A stretch of 64,000 bases of DNA, taken from positions 20,555 through 84,554 of the forward strand of contig DWZQ01000028.1 of assembly GCA_019117485.1 (NCBI GenBank), read 5' to 3'. The translations under genes were made by a program, and so were the position numbers. The DNA is from Candidatus Agathobaculum intestinipullorum. GTDB lineage: Bacteria; Bacillota; Clostridia; Oscillospirales; Butyricicoccaceae. Positions 56,868 to 64,000 of the stretch are shown here, piece after piece. A model generated the notes under the pieces. It did no database searches. It was not told the origin of the DNA and worked only from the letters and a program-made list of their open reading frames with translations. The first letter of the stretch is position 1, and every line of letters begins with the position of its first letter.

Positions 56868-58012
56868 ATTCGATCGACGGAGATAACACGTTCCTTTACC
56901 CTGCCATAATTATCTGTGTATTCCATAACCAGTTCTAATTCTGCCTGTGGAACGTTTACCATCCAGTCAACCGTGCATTGCGTGTTATAATGACCTGTTT
57001 TCGCATCATATTCCGGCGTCGTCCACGCAGCGCTTTTGAGTTCCGTGTCACCCTGCCGTAAGATCAGCCGCGCACTGACAGGATAGCACCGCACCAGACT
57101 ATCCTCAGACAGGAAAAGCTGATAAAAATACGCACCGATCGTGCCGGAAATAGATGTACTTCCGTTTTCTTCCCGTATCGTACAGCCATCCAGCACGATT
57201 TTGTCACCTTCTCTTGCCCAGAGATAATCCCATCGAATTTTAAACTCCTCTTCCACCCCGCTGACGGTTTCGAGCAGCAGATTGCGTACTGCACCAGTCT
57301 CTTTATCCGTAAGCGTCAAATATACGGTAAAGGCATCCCGCATTGGAATCTCCGTACTGCCTACATACGAATTATCCTGCTGCAAAATTGCCGCACATGT
57401 CCAGCTCTCCCCTGCACTTTGGATCGTAAACTTGGGGATCTCCGTATCCGGGTTTAACTCCTTTGGCCGTGCAGACAGAGACAACGCAAGCATGGTCGTC
57501 AAGGTCTTATTCTCGTTATATTTCAGGTCATACGCAACATCATAGCCCGACAAGGCATCCTCTTCTACGCTTTCCTGCTGTACCGTGTCCGACGTGTCCT
57601 GCGCCTGTGCGTGCATTTGTAACGCCGCCAGTTGTTCTTCCAATTCATGCACCCGCGCCATGGCATAGATGTTGCCCAACACGCTCGCCCACATCAGCAA
57701 AGCCAACATAATGATGAACCACTTTGTTTTTCGCGTCAGAATGGGCGTATACGAGATTTTCAGCCCCTCTGCGGATAATTTTACATCCTCGGGCGGCCTG
57801 CTGCCTGGCAGCGGCTCATCCGGCCGCAGCAGCGTATCAACCGGAACACTGAACAGACGGCCAAGTTCCAATAAATTGTCCATTGTCGGCACCGCCTGAT
57901 CGGCCTCCCACTTGCTCACCGCCTGCCGGGAAAGCCCCAGTTTTTCACCCAGCGCTTCCTGGCTCAACCCTTGCGCGCGACGCAGCGCCGCGATCTTCTC
58001 CCCTGTCGTCAT
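56849..58012 (-). CDS. membrane-anchored XRE-family HTH protein with a large C-terminal extracytoplasmic domain
   Basis: The HTH EKIAALRRAQGLSQEALGEKLGLSRQAVSKWE, one TM (WFIIMLALLMWASVLGNIYAM), then about 260 aa of unknown domain. ATG 58012 is preferred. Confidence 0.8.
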   Translation of the reverse strand: MTTGEKIAALRRAQGLSQEALGEKLGLSRQAVSKWEADQAVPTMDNLLELGRLFSVPVDTLLRPDEPLPGSRPPEDVKLSAEGLKISYTPILTRKTKWFIIMLALLMWASVLGNIYAMARVHELEEQLAALQMHAQAQDTSDTVQQESVEEDALSGYDVAYDLKYNENKTLTTMLALSLSARPKELNPDTEIPKFTIQSAGESWTCAAILQQDNSYVGSTEIPMRDAFTVYLTLTDKETGAVRNLLLETVSGVEEEFKIRWDYLWAREGDKIVLDGCTIREENGSTSISGTIGAYFYQLFLSEDSLVRCYPVSARLILRQGDTELKSAAWTTPEYDAKTGHYNTQCTVDWMVNVPQAELELVMEYTDNYGRVKERVISVDRIKTTVP

Positions 58013-58125
58013 ATCCAGCACCTGCCTTTCTGTGCTTTCACCATACACAATACCACTGCAAAACGCCACCAACCCTGCGTTTCTTTTTGTCAACCAACAG
58101 TTGCATCACACTGTTTTCATAAGCA

Positions 58126-58157
58126 AAGCCCCGAAAGAACGCTCTCTTTCGGGGCTT
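58126..58157 (-). terminator. terminator after the small ORF
   Basis: Perfect 12-bp stem AAGCCCCGAAAG/CTTTCGGGGCTT with an 8-nt loop. Confidence 0.65.
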
Positions 58158-58172
58158 ACTGCTAAGTACGGC

Positions 58173-58361
58173 TTATTCGATGCCTTCGTCTTCGCCCTCC
58201 GGGCGGTTGTTGTAGGCATATTCTTTGCACTTGGCCTTGGCTTCCTCCTCGGTCGCATAGGGACAGGCGCGCACGCGGCCCTCTGTCTCGGAAAACGCCA
58301 CGCAAATCTTATCGTCTCCCGTGGCAAACCGGCGCCGGAACAAGCACCAGAGCTTTTTCAT
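58173..58361 (-). CDS. hypothetical small protein (62 aa, basic N-terminus, acidic C-terminus, 3 Cys)
   Basis: AGGAAAGG lies 9 nt before ATG 58361, and hairpins flank both sides. No family recognised. Confidence 0.4.
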   Translation of the reverse strand: MKKLWCLFRRRFATGDDKICVAFSETEGRVRACPYATEEEAKAKCKEYAYNNRPEGEDEGIE

Positions 58362-58410
58362 TGCAAACATCCTTTCCTGTCGATTGATAATATTCTAACA
58401 ATAATAGTAT

Positions 58411-58445
58411 AACGAACCTGATCAAACTTGTCAATCAGGTTCGTT
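58411..58445 (-). terminator. terminator after lysC
   Basis: Perfect 12-bp stem AACGAACCTGAT/ATCAGGTTCGTT with T-rich flanks on both strands. Confidence 0.65.
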
Positions 58446-58473
58446 ACTTTTTTGTCAAATTGCGGTGCGCATC

Positions 58474-59682
58474 TTATTCCCCGAAGAATTCCTCGTGGAT
58501 CGCCTTGACAGCCTTTTCGCTGTCCTCCTCGTTGATCAGTACCGAAATCTTGATCTCCGAGGTCGAGATCATGCGGATATTGATGCCAGCCATCGCGAGC
58601 GCCTCAAACATCTTGGACGCCACACCCGCCGAAGACGCCATGCCCGCGCCCACGATCGACACCTTAGCGACCTTCTTGTTGATGGAAACATCCTCATAGC
58701 CGATCATCTCGGCATTGTCTGCCAGAATCTGGCCAACGCGGTCAGCATCGTCCTCCCGGATGGTAAACGAAATCGACTTCTTGTTATCGCGGCCGACCGA
58801 CTGCAAGATAATGTCGATATTGACATTGTGCTTAGCCATGAGCGAGAATACCTTGAACGCCGTGCCCGGGGTATCTGCTACGTTGATGATGGCTACACGC
58901 GCGCAGTTATTGTCACGGGCGACGCCCGATACATTCATTTTTTCCATGTGAGAACCCTCCTTGACTTTGGTACCCGGGTTGCGGGTAAAGCTCGAAACGA
59001 CCTCAAGGTCGACATTGTACTTTTTCGCCATCTCAACCGAACGGTTGTGCAGCACCTGTGCGCCGAGCGAAGCAAGCTCGAGCATTTCGTCATAGGTGAT
59101 GGCCTCCAGCTTACGCGCGCTAGGGACGATGCGCGGGTCGGCGGTGTATACGCCGTCCACATCCGTATAGATCTGGCACAGGTCGGCGCCCAGCGTTGCC
59201 GCAATCGCAACTGCCGTGGTATCCGAACCGCCGCGGCCGAGCGTGGTTACGTCGCCCAGCTTGTTGATGCCTTGGAAGCCCGCCACAATGCAGATGCGGC
59301 CGTTGTCCAACTCTGCCTGCAAGCGGTCGCCTACGATGCGCTTGATGCGCGCGTCCGAATAATTGCTGTTGGTTTCCAGCCCAATCTGCCAACCGGTAAG
59401 CGACACGACCGAGAAGCCCAGCTTTTGGATCGCCATCGCCAGCAGCGACATCGAGATCATCTCGCCCGTGTTGAGCAGCACATCCATCTCGCGCTTGGAC
59501 GGATGCTTGTTGATCTCTGCCGCCTTTTCAATCAAATCATCGGTCGTATCACCCTGCGCCGAAACAACGACAACCACCTTGTTGCCGGCCTGCGCGGTCT
59601 TGGTGACAATATCCGCAACATTCTTCAGTCGTTCCGTGTTGGCAACCGAAGTGCCGCCGAACTTTTGCACAATAAGACTCAT
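58474..59682 (-). CDS. lysC: aspartate kinase
   Basis: 402 aa. IVQKFGGTSV, TLGRGGSDTTAVA, and two C-terminal ACT domains. Confidence 0.95.
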   Translation of the reverse strand: MSLIVQKFGGTSVANTERLKNVADIVTKTAQAGNKVVVVVSAQGDTTDDLIEKAAEINKHPSKREMDVLLNTGEMISMSLLAMAIQKLGFSVVSLTGWQIGLETNSNYSDARIKRIVGDRLQAELDNGRICIVAGFQGINKLGDVTTLGRGGSDTTAVAIAATLGADLCQIYTDVDGVYTADPRIVPSARKLEAITYDEMLELASLGAQVLHNRSVEMAKKYNVDLEVVSSFTRNPGTKVKEGSHMEKMNVSGVARDNNCARVAIINVADTPGTAFKVFSLMAKHNVNIDIILQSVGRDNKKSISFTIREDDADRVGQILADNAEMIGYEDVSINKKVAKVSIVGAGMASSAGVASKMFEALAMAGINIRMISTSEIKISVLINEEDSEKAVKAIHEEFFGE

Positions 59683-59730
59683 ACTGATTTTGTTTCCTCC
59701 TTCTATACCCTGCCGCAGACGCGGCCTCGC

Positions 59731-60621
59731 TCACATGCGTTTGACGGTCGCGCCTACCTCATCGCAGCGCAGCTGCACGGCTTTCCAATGCGGATATTTT
59801 TCCGCACAGACCGCCTGCGCGCGCGCTAAGTAGTCGCGATCCCCCTTATACACCATCGCCACAATGGAAGGGCCTGCGCCCGAAATAAACGCGCCCAGCG
59901 CGCCCAATTTCTTCGCTTCGCGCACGATATCCTCGCCGTTTTCAATCAGGCCGAAGCGGTACGGCTGGTGCAGGCAATCCCCTGTCGCTACATCGAGGTT
60001 CTCCAAACGTCCGGTTGTCAGGCTGCCTGCCAGCAGCGCCGCGCGCGCCAGATTATATACCGCGTCGTGGTGCGCAATGGTTTTCGGCAAAGCCGCGCGC
60101 GCCTTTTCGGTGGACAGTTTGAAATCCGGGATAAACACAACAAAGTCGATTGCGCCGTGCACCGGCACGCGCACATGATGCACATGGCCGTTCTCCAGCA
60201 GTGCCACGCAAAAACCGCCTAAAATGGCAGGTGTTGAATTGTCCGGATGACCCTCGATGGTTGCAGCGAGGTCGATGACCGCCTGCCGGTCAAGCGGATC
60301 GCCCAGCAGCGCGTTCGCCCCCATGATGCCCGCAACCGTGCACGCGGAAGACGAGCCAAGGCCGCGTGTCTGCGGGATGGCGCAATCCTCGACGATTTTA
60401 AGCCCTGCCAGCGGCTTGCCGCACTCGTCGTACACACGCTTTGCACACTGATAAATCAGGTTGCGCGCATCCTTGGGCACATACTGCCCGTTTTTATCCG
60501 AAATATCAATGTGGTCGCTCTCCGCAAGATCGATCACATTGTAAAGCTCAAGCGCAATGCCGATACTGTCATAGCCCGAACCCATATTGGCGCTCGTGGC
60601 CGGAACGGTAACACGAACCAT
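59731..60621 (-). CDS. thrB: homoserine kinase
   Basis: VTVPATSANMGSGYD and the GHMP motif PQTRGLGSSSA. AGGAGG RBS lies before ATG 60621. Confidence 0.92.
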   Translation of the reverse strand: MVRVTVPATSANMGSGYDSIGIALELYNVIDLAESDHIDISDKNGQYVPKDARNLIYQCAKRVYDECGKPLAGLKIVEDCAIPQTRGLGSSSACTVAGIMGANALLGDPLDRQAVIDLAATIEGHPDNSTPAILGGFCVALLENGHVHHVRVPVHGAIDFVVFIPDFKLSTEKARAALPKTIAHHDAVYNLARAALLAGSLTTGRLENLDVATGDCLHQPYRFGLIENGEDIVREAKKLGALGAFISGAGPSIVAMVYKGDRDYLARAQAVCAEKYPHWKAVQLRCDEVGATVKRM

Positions 60622-60637
60622 TTTCGTCGCCCTCCTT

Positions 60638-61849
60638 TTACAGCATACGCATAGCGGCACAAACTTCGCCACAGGCATTCAGCTTGGCGATCTTGTCCTG
60701 CATATCGGCCGTGGACAGGCGACTGGTCTTGACAACCACCACGCCGTCGACCGGTTCAGTCAGGCTTTCAACCGGGAGCAGTGCCTCAAGGTCACGCGTC
60801 GCGCCCTTAAAACGGACATACCACGCGCTTTGCAGCGTATCCAGCGGACGGAGCAGGTTTTTCGAGCCGTCGCCCCAGCCGATGAGGCGGCGGTGTTCGG
60901 CATGCTCAATGCAGTCGAGCATATCCGCGACAACAGCCGACGCAGTCGCAAGCTTGCCCGCGCCCTTACCATAGAACATGACATCACCCGTCGCGTTGCC
61001 ATCGACCATAATGGCGTTGAACACGTCCTCGACCGCAGCCAACGGGCTTTCCTTGTGAATCAGATGCGGCGCAACGTAGGCGTAAGCCGTGCCGTCCTCG
61101 CACCGCACAGTGCGACCAAGCAGCTTGATCACGCAGCCCAGCTTGTCGGCATTAGCCACATCTTCGAGCGTGATCTTTGTAATGCCCTCGCAGGATACCT
61201 GATCGGGGTCAAACTTATCCCCAAAAGCGAGGTCAGCCAAAATGCAAATTTTGCGGCAGGCATCATGTCCTTCGATGTCGGCCGTCGGGTCTTTCTCGGC
61301 GTAACCATTGAGCTGTGCCTGCTTGAGCGCATCGGCAAAGGTAACGCCGTTGTGAATCATCTGCGTCAGGATGTAGTTCGTCGTACCGTTGAGGATACCG
61401 CAGATCTCGTTGAACTCGTTAGCAGCAAGGCATTGCAGCATGGGGCGGATGATCGGGATGCCGCCGCCGACCGATGCCTCAAACATATAATTAACGCCTT
61501 TCTCCTCGGCGATTTTCAGCAATTCTTCACCGCGGGTAGCAACCAGCTCCTTGTTGGAGGTGCACACGCTTTTACCCGCCAGCAGACAGCGGCGCGTAAA
61601 CTCATATGCAGCGCCTACGCCGCCCATTACCTCAGCCACCACCGTGACCTCGGGGTCGTTTTCGATCACGGAAAAATCCGAAACGAACTTATGTCCATAC
61701 GGCAACGCGGAAAAATCCCGCAAGTCGAGCACATATTTGACCTCGACTGGCTCGCCGACCACGCGCGCGATCTTTTCGGCGTTCATTTCAAACACCTCGT
61801 ACACGCCGGAGCCTACCGTGCCATGTCCCATGATTGCTGCTTTTATCAT
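60638..61849 (-). CDS. hom: homoserine dehydrogenase
   Basis: IMGHGTVGSGV Rossmann motif, ILNGTTNYIL, and a C-terminal ACT-like domain. Confidence 0.92.
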   Translation of the reverse strand: MIKAAIMGHGTVGSGVYEVFEMNAEKIARVVGEPVEVKYVLDLRDFSALPYGHKFVSDFSVIENDPEVTVVAEVMGGVGAAYEFTRRCLLAGKSVCTSNKELVATRGEELLKIAEEKGVNYMFEASVGGGIPIIRPMLQCLAANEFNEICGILNGTTNYILTQMIHNGVTFADALKQAQLNGYAEKDPTADIEGHDACRKICILADLAFGDKFDPDQVSCEGITKITLEDVANADKLGCVIKLLGRTVRCEDGTAYAYVAPHLIHKESPLAAVEDVFNAIMVDGNATGDVMFYGKGAGKLATASAVVADMLDCIEHAEHRRLIGWGDGSKNLLRPLDTLQSAWYVRFKGATRDLEALLPVESLTEPVDGVVVVKTSRLSTADMQDKIAKLNACGEVCAAMRML

Positions 61850-61915
61850 AACCCAGTTTCCTTTCCTTCGGTTCTTATTGGGCAACGCCACAGATGCAAT
61901 GGTGCAGTGTTGCCT

Positions 61916-62356
61916 TCATTCAGACGCCAGAATTTCGACCTTGCTCACGCCCGCCATCTGCCCGGCGCGCTGCAGCAAATCCTCTACGGAGTATTTCATC
62001 TCTCCGGTGCGGGCGGCAATCGTGACAGATGCCTGCCCGCGCATCGGGATCGACTGATTGACCGTTAACAGATTCGCGCCCGAGCGGGCCAAAAGCCCCA
62101 AAATGCTCGACAGCACGCCCGGCTGGTCGTGCAACATAAAATGAAAGGTTACGATCCGGTCGGTCGTGGCCTCAAAGAACGGCCGCACGCCATCCTTGTA
62201 TTTATAGTACGCGCTGCGCGACAGCCCGGCAATTTTTGCCGCTTCGCTTGCCGTCGCCGCCCGCCCCGAGGCGATCGCCTCGTTTGCTTCGATCACACGC
62301 TGGAATACCTCAGGCAGCAGTGTGCGCTCGACCAGAAAGTACTTCGGTTTCACCAT
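61916..62356 (-). CDS. ACT domain-containing protein (UPF0735/PheB-like) with an N-terminal HTH-like segment
   Basis: LLPEVFQRVIEANE...AAKIAGLSRSAYYKYKD, then an ACT fold (FHFMLHDQPGVLSSILGLLARSGANLL). GGGAGGA RBS lies before ATG 62356. Confidence 0.8.
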   Translation of the reverse strand: MVKPKYFLVERTLLPEVFQRVIEANEAIASGRAATASEAAKIAGLSRSAYYKYKDGVRPFFEATTDRIVTFHFMLHDQPGVLSSILGLLARSGANLLTVNQSIPMRGQASVTIAARTGEMKYSVEDLLQRAGQMAGVSKVEILASE

Positions 62357-62405
62357 GCGCTGTTTGTCCTCCCTAAAAAGACATGTGTCTTTCTCACGCT
62401 TTCCT

Positions 62406-62434
62406 ATCATACCATAAGCGACCGGTAAGTGCAA
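62406..62434 (-). promoter_or_regulatory. candidate SigA-type promoter of the ACT-hom-thrB-lysC operon
   Basis: The minus strand reads TTGCAC, a 17-nt spacer, then TATGAT, about 50 nt upstream of the ACT-gene start. Confidence 0.5.
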
Positions 62435-62587
62435 GGGAATAACTGCTAAAATTCCCGAATTTCCTCGAAAGCTTTTGTCGAATCTGACAAAGGCCCCTGT
62501 CTTTTCTGGATAAATTGTGTATGGCTTTCTTGTGGATGTTATGCTATACTATAATAACTTGTGAAATGAAACCGGAGAATGAGAACA

Positions 62588-63913
62588 ATGCATCAAAAAA
62601 GTGTAAACGGAACCTTTACGTCCAAGGTCGGCTTCGTGCTTGCGGCAGTCGGCTCGGCAGTCGGCATGGGAAACATTTGGATGTTCCCCTACCGCACCGG
62701 TCAATACGGCGGCGCGGCCTTCCTGATCCCCTACCTGCTGTTTATCGCGCTGTTTGGCTATGTCGGCCTGTCAGGTGAATTCGCCTTTGGCCGCTTAACC
62801 GGCACCGGCCCGATCGGCTCATACGAATACGCAATGAAAACGCGCGGCAGGCGCGGCGGCGCTATCCTTGGCGCAATCCCGCTGTTTGGCTCGCTGGGCA
62901 TCGCGATCGGCTATTCGATCATCGTCGGCTGGGTGCTGCGCTGTGTGTTCGGCGCGCTGACCGGCTCGCTGATCGCAACCGAACCGGAAACCTACTTTGC
63001 GGAAATGAGCGCGACCCACCTGTCCAGCGTACCGTGGCATGTGCTGGTTGTGGTCATCACAGTCGCTATTTTGATTTTCGGCGTATCGGGCGGCATTGAA
63101 AAGATTAACAAAGTGATGATGCCAGCCTTTTTCATTCTGTTCCTGATCATTGCGGTGCGCGTGCTGTTCCTGCCCGGCGCACTCGAAGGCTACAAGTACC
63201 TGCTTGTGCCGCAGTGGGAGTACCTGCTCAACCCGCGCACTTGGATTATGGCGATGGGACAGGCATTCTTCTCCCTGTCTGTCACGGGCTCGGGCATGAT
63301 CATTTATGGCTCCTACCTCTCCAAAAAGGAGGATGTCGTGCATTCCTCGTGCATGACCGCTGTGCTCGACACTTGTGCCGCCATGCTCGCGGGCTTCGCT
63401 GTCATCCCGTCGGTATTCGCCTTTGGCCTTGACCCGGCCTCCGGCCCCAAGTTGCTGTTCATCACGCTGCCGCGTGTATTCCAGCAGATGCCATTTGGTC
63501 GCCTGTTCGCGCTGCTGTTTTTCATTTCTGTGCTGTTTGCGGGCATTACCTCGCTGGCGAACATGCTGGAAGCGGTGTCCGAAGCCGCTCAGACGCGTCT
63601 CAAGCTGAACCGCAAAACCGCTGTGCGGCTTGCCGGTGCAGCAACATTGGCCGTCGGCCTGCTGATCGAGCAGGAGGCTCTCATGGGTCGCTGGATGGAC
63701 ATCATCACGATCTATGTCGTGCCGATCGGCGCAATTCTCGGCGCGGTAATGATTTATTGGGTGCTGGGCGTCAAGACCATCAAAAAAGAGCTGATGGAAG
63801 GCCGCGACAAGCCGCTCAGCCCGGCCTACGACTTTCTTGCCAAGTATGTATATGTCTTCCTTGCGCTGGTCGTCGTGATTTGCAGCTTTGTCATTCCGGG
63901 CGGCATTGGGTAA
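62588..63913 (+). CDS. sodium-dependent transporter, neurotransmitter:sodium symporter (NSS/SNF) family
   Basis: GFVLAAVGSAVGMGNIWMFPYRTGQYGGAAFLIPY is the NSS signature; about 12 TM helices. ATG 62588 has better RBS spacing than 62579. Confidence 0.9.
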   Translation: MHQKSVNGTFTSKVGFVLAAVGSAVGMGNIWMFPYRTGQYGGAAFLIPYLLFIALFGYVGLSGEFAFGRLTGTGPIGSYEYAMKTRGRRGGAILGAIPLFGSLGIAIGYSIIVGWVLRCVFGALTGSLIATEPETYFAEMSATHLSSVPWHVLVVVITVAILIFGVSGGIEKINKVMMPAFFILFLIIAVRVLFLPGALEGYKYLLVPQWEYLLNPRTWIMAMGQAFFSLSVTGSGMIIYGSYLSKKEDVVHSSCMTAVLDTCAAMLAGFAVIPSVFAFGLDPASGPKLLFITLPRVFQQMPFGRLFALLFFISVLFAGITSLANMLEAVSEAAQTRLKLNRKTAVRLAGAATLAVGLLIEQEALMGRWMDIITIYVVPIGAILGAVMIYWVLGVKTIKKELMEGRDKPLSPAYDFLAKYVYVFLALVVVICSFVIPGGIG

Positions 63914-63928
63914 AATCAAACAAACCAA

Positions 63929-63994
63929 AGGGAGCGGTTCATGCTGCTCCCTCTTTCTATGCAAAAATCCCACGGCGTAAGCCGTGGGATTTTT
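63929..63994 (+). terminator. tandem hairpins terminating the NSS transporter gene
   Basis: AGGGAGC/GCTCCCT at 63929-63952, then a perfect 14-bp stem AAAAATCCCACGGC/GCCGTGGGATTTTT at 63963-63994. Confidence 0.85.
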
Positions 63995-64000
63995 AATTGG

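Noticed and set aside
58465-62068. Long plus-strand ORFs (58465..59829 and 60587..62068) antisense to lysC, thrB and hom.
   Set aside because: They lie opposite three textbook enzymes, and their Arg/His-rich translations have no motifs. This is a GC-rich antisense artefact. The same reasoning applies to 482..1492, 5922..7019, 48126..49373 and 62819..63973.
62377-62392. A small hairpin plus T-run (AAAGAC-ATGT-GTCTTT-TT on the transcribed strand) in the leader of the ACT-hom-thrB-lysC operon, considered as a possible attenuator or riboswitch terminator.
   Set aside because: The stem is only 6 bp and AT-rich. There is no upstream conserved aptamer-like structure (no L-box or T-box features seen), and the leader is only ~50 nt.

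Overview
This is a 64-kb chromosomal window from a fairly GC-rich, motile, Gram-positive-type anaerobe. The gene content looks Clostridia-like (PFOR, SLH S-layer protein, FliW-CsrA, DegV, LL-DAP pathway), but that taxon call is inference only. All domain and family calls come from reading the translations and recalling motifs; no database search was run. Layout: (1) 1-12.9 kb is housekeeping: dapF (partial), pyrG, dapL, comFC-like, PadR pair, cardiolipin synthase, M24 peptidase, DegV, pyruvate:ferredoxin oxidoreductase. (2) 12.9-22.8 kb is an uncharacterised hydroxy-acid/sugar-acid island. It holds a split UxaA-type dehydratase, a GntP permease, a LarA-like protein, a PdxA-family dehydrogenase, an amidohydrolase, a KdgT-type permease and an IclR regulator, plus a 909-nt gene-free spacer. 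(3) 23.2-47.9 kb is a late-flagellar plus chemotaxis region. The run flgM-flgN-flgK-flgL-yviE-like-fliW-csrA follows the Bacillus subtilis order, and fliD-fliS-fliT-like and cheA-cheW-cheR-cheB are also present. An MCP, a hemerythrin ORF, cheX and cheY form a separate group. Non-canonical inserts are a C39-like peptidase with an orphan FtsE-like ATPase, a ParA-like ATPase with a disordered ComFB-domain protein, and a FliK-like protein with a stand-alone FlhB C-terminal fragment and a PilZ protein. No flagellin gene is present. (4) 47.3-56.8 kb holds a 1642-aa SLH surface protein flanked by c-di-GMP genes (PilZ, GGDEF-EAL, PilZ). (5) 56.8-64 kb holds a membrane XRE regulator, the ACT-hom-thrB-lysC operon and a sodium:solute (NSS) symporter. 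I saw no rRNA, tRNA, CRISPR array, transposase/integrase or recognisable defence system. The best candidates for new biology are the accessory gene pairs inside the flagellar locus, the MCP/hemerythrin frame junction and the hydroxy-acid island. All of these are hypotheses that need homology searches and experiments.
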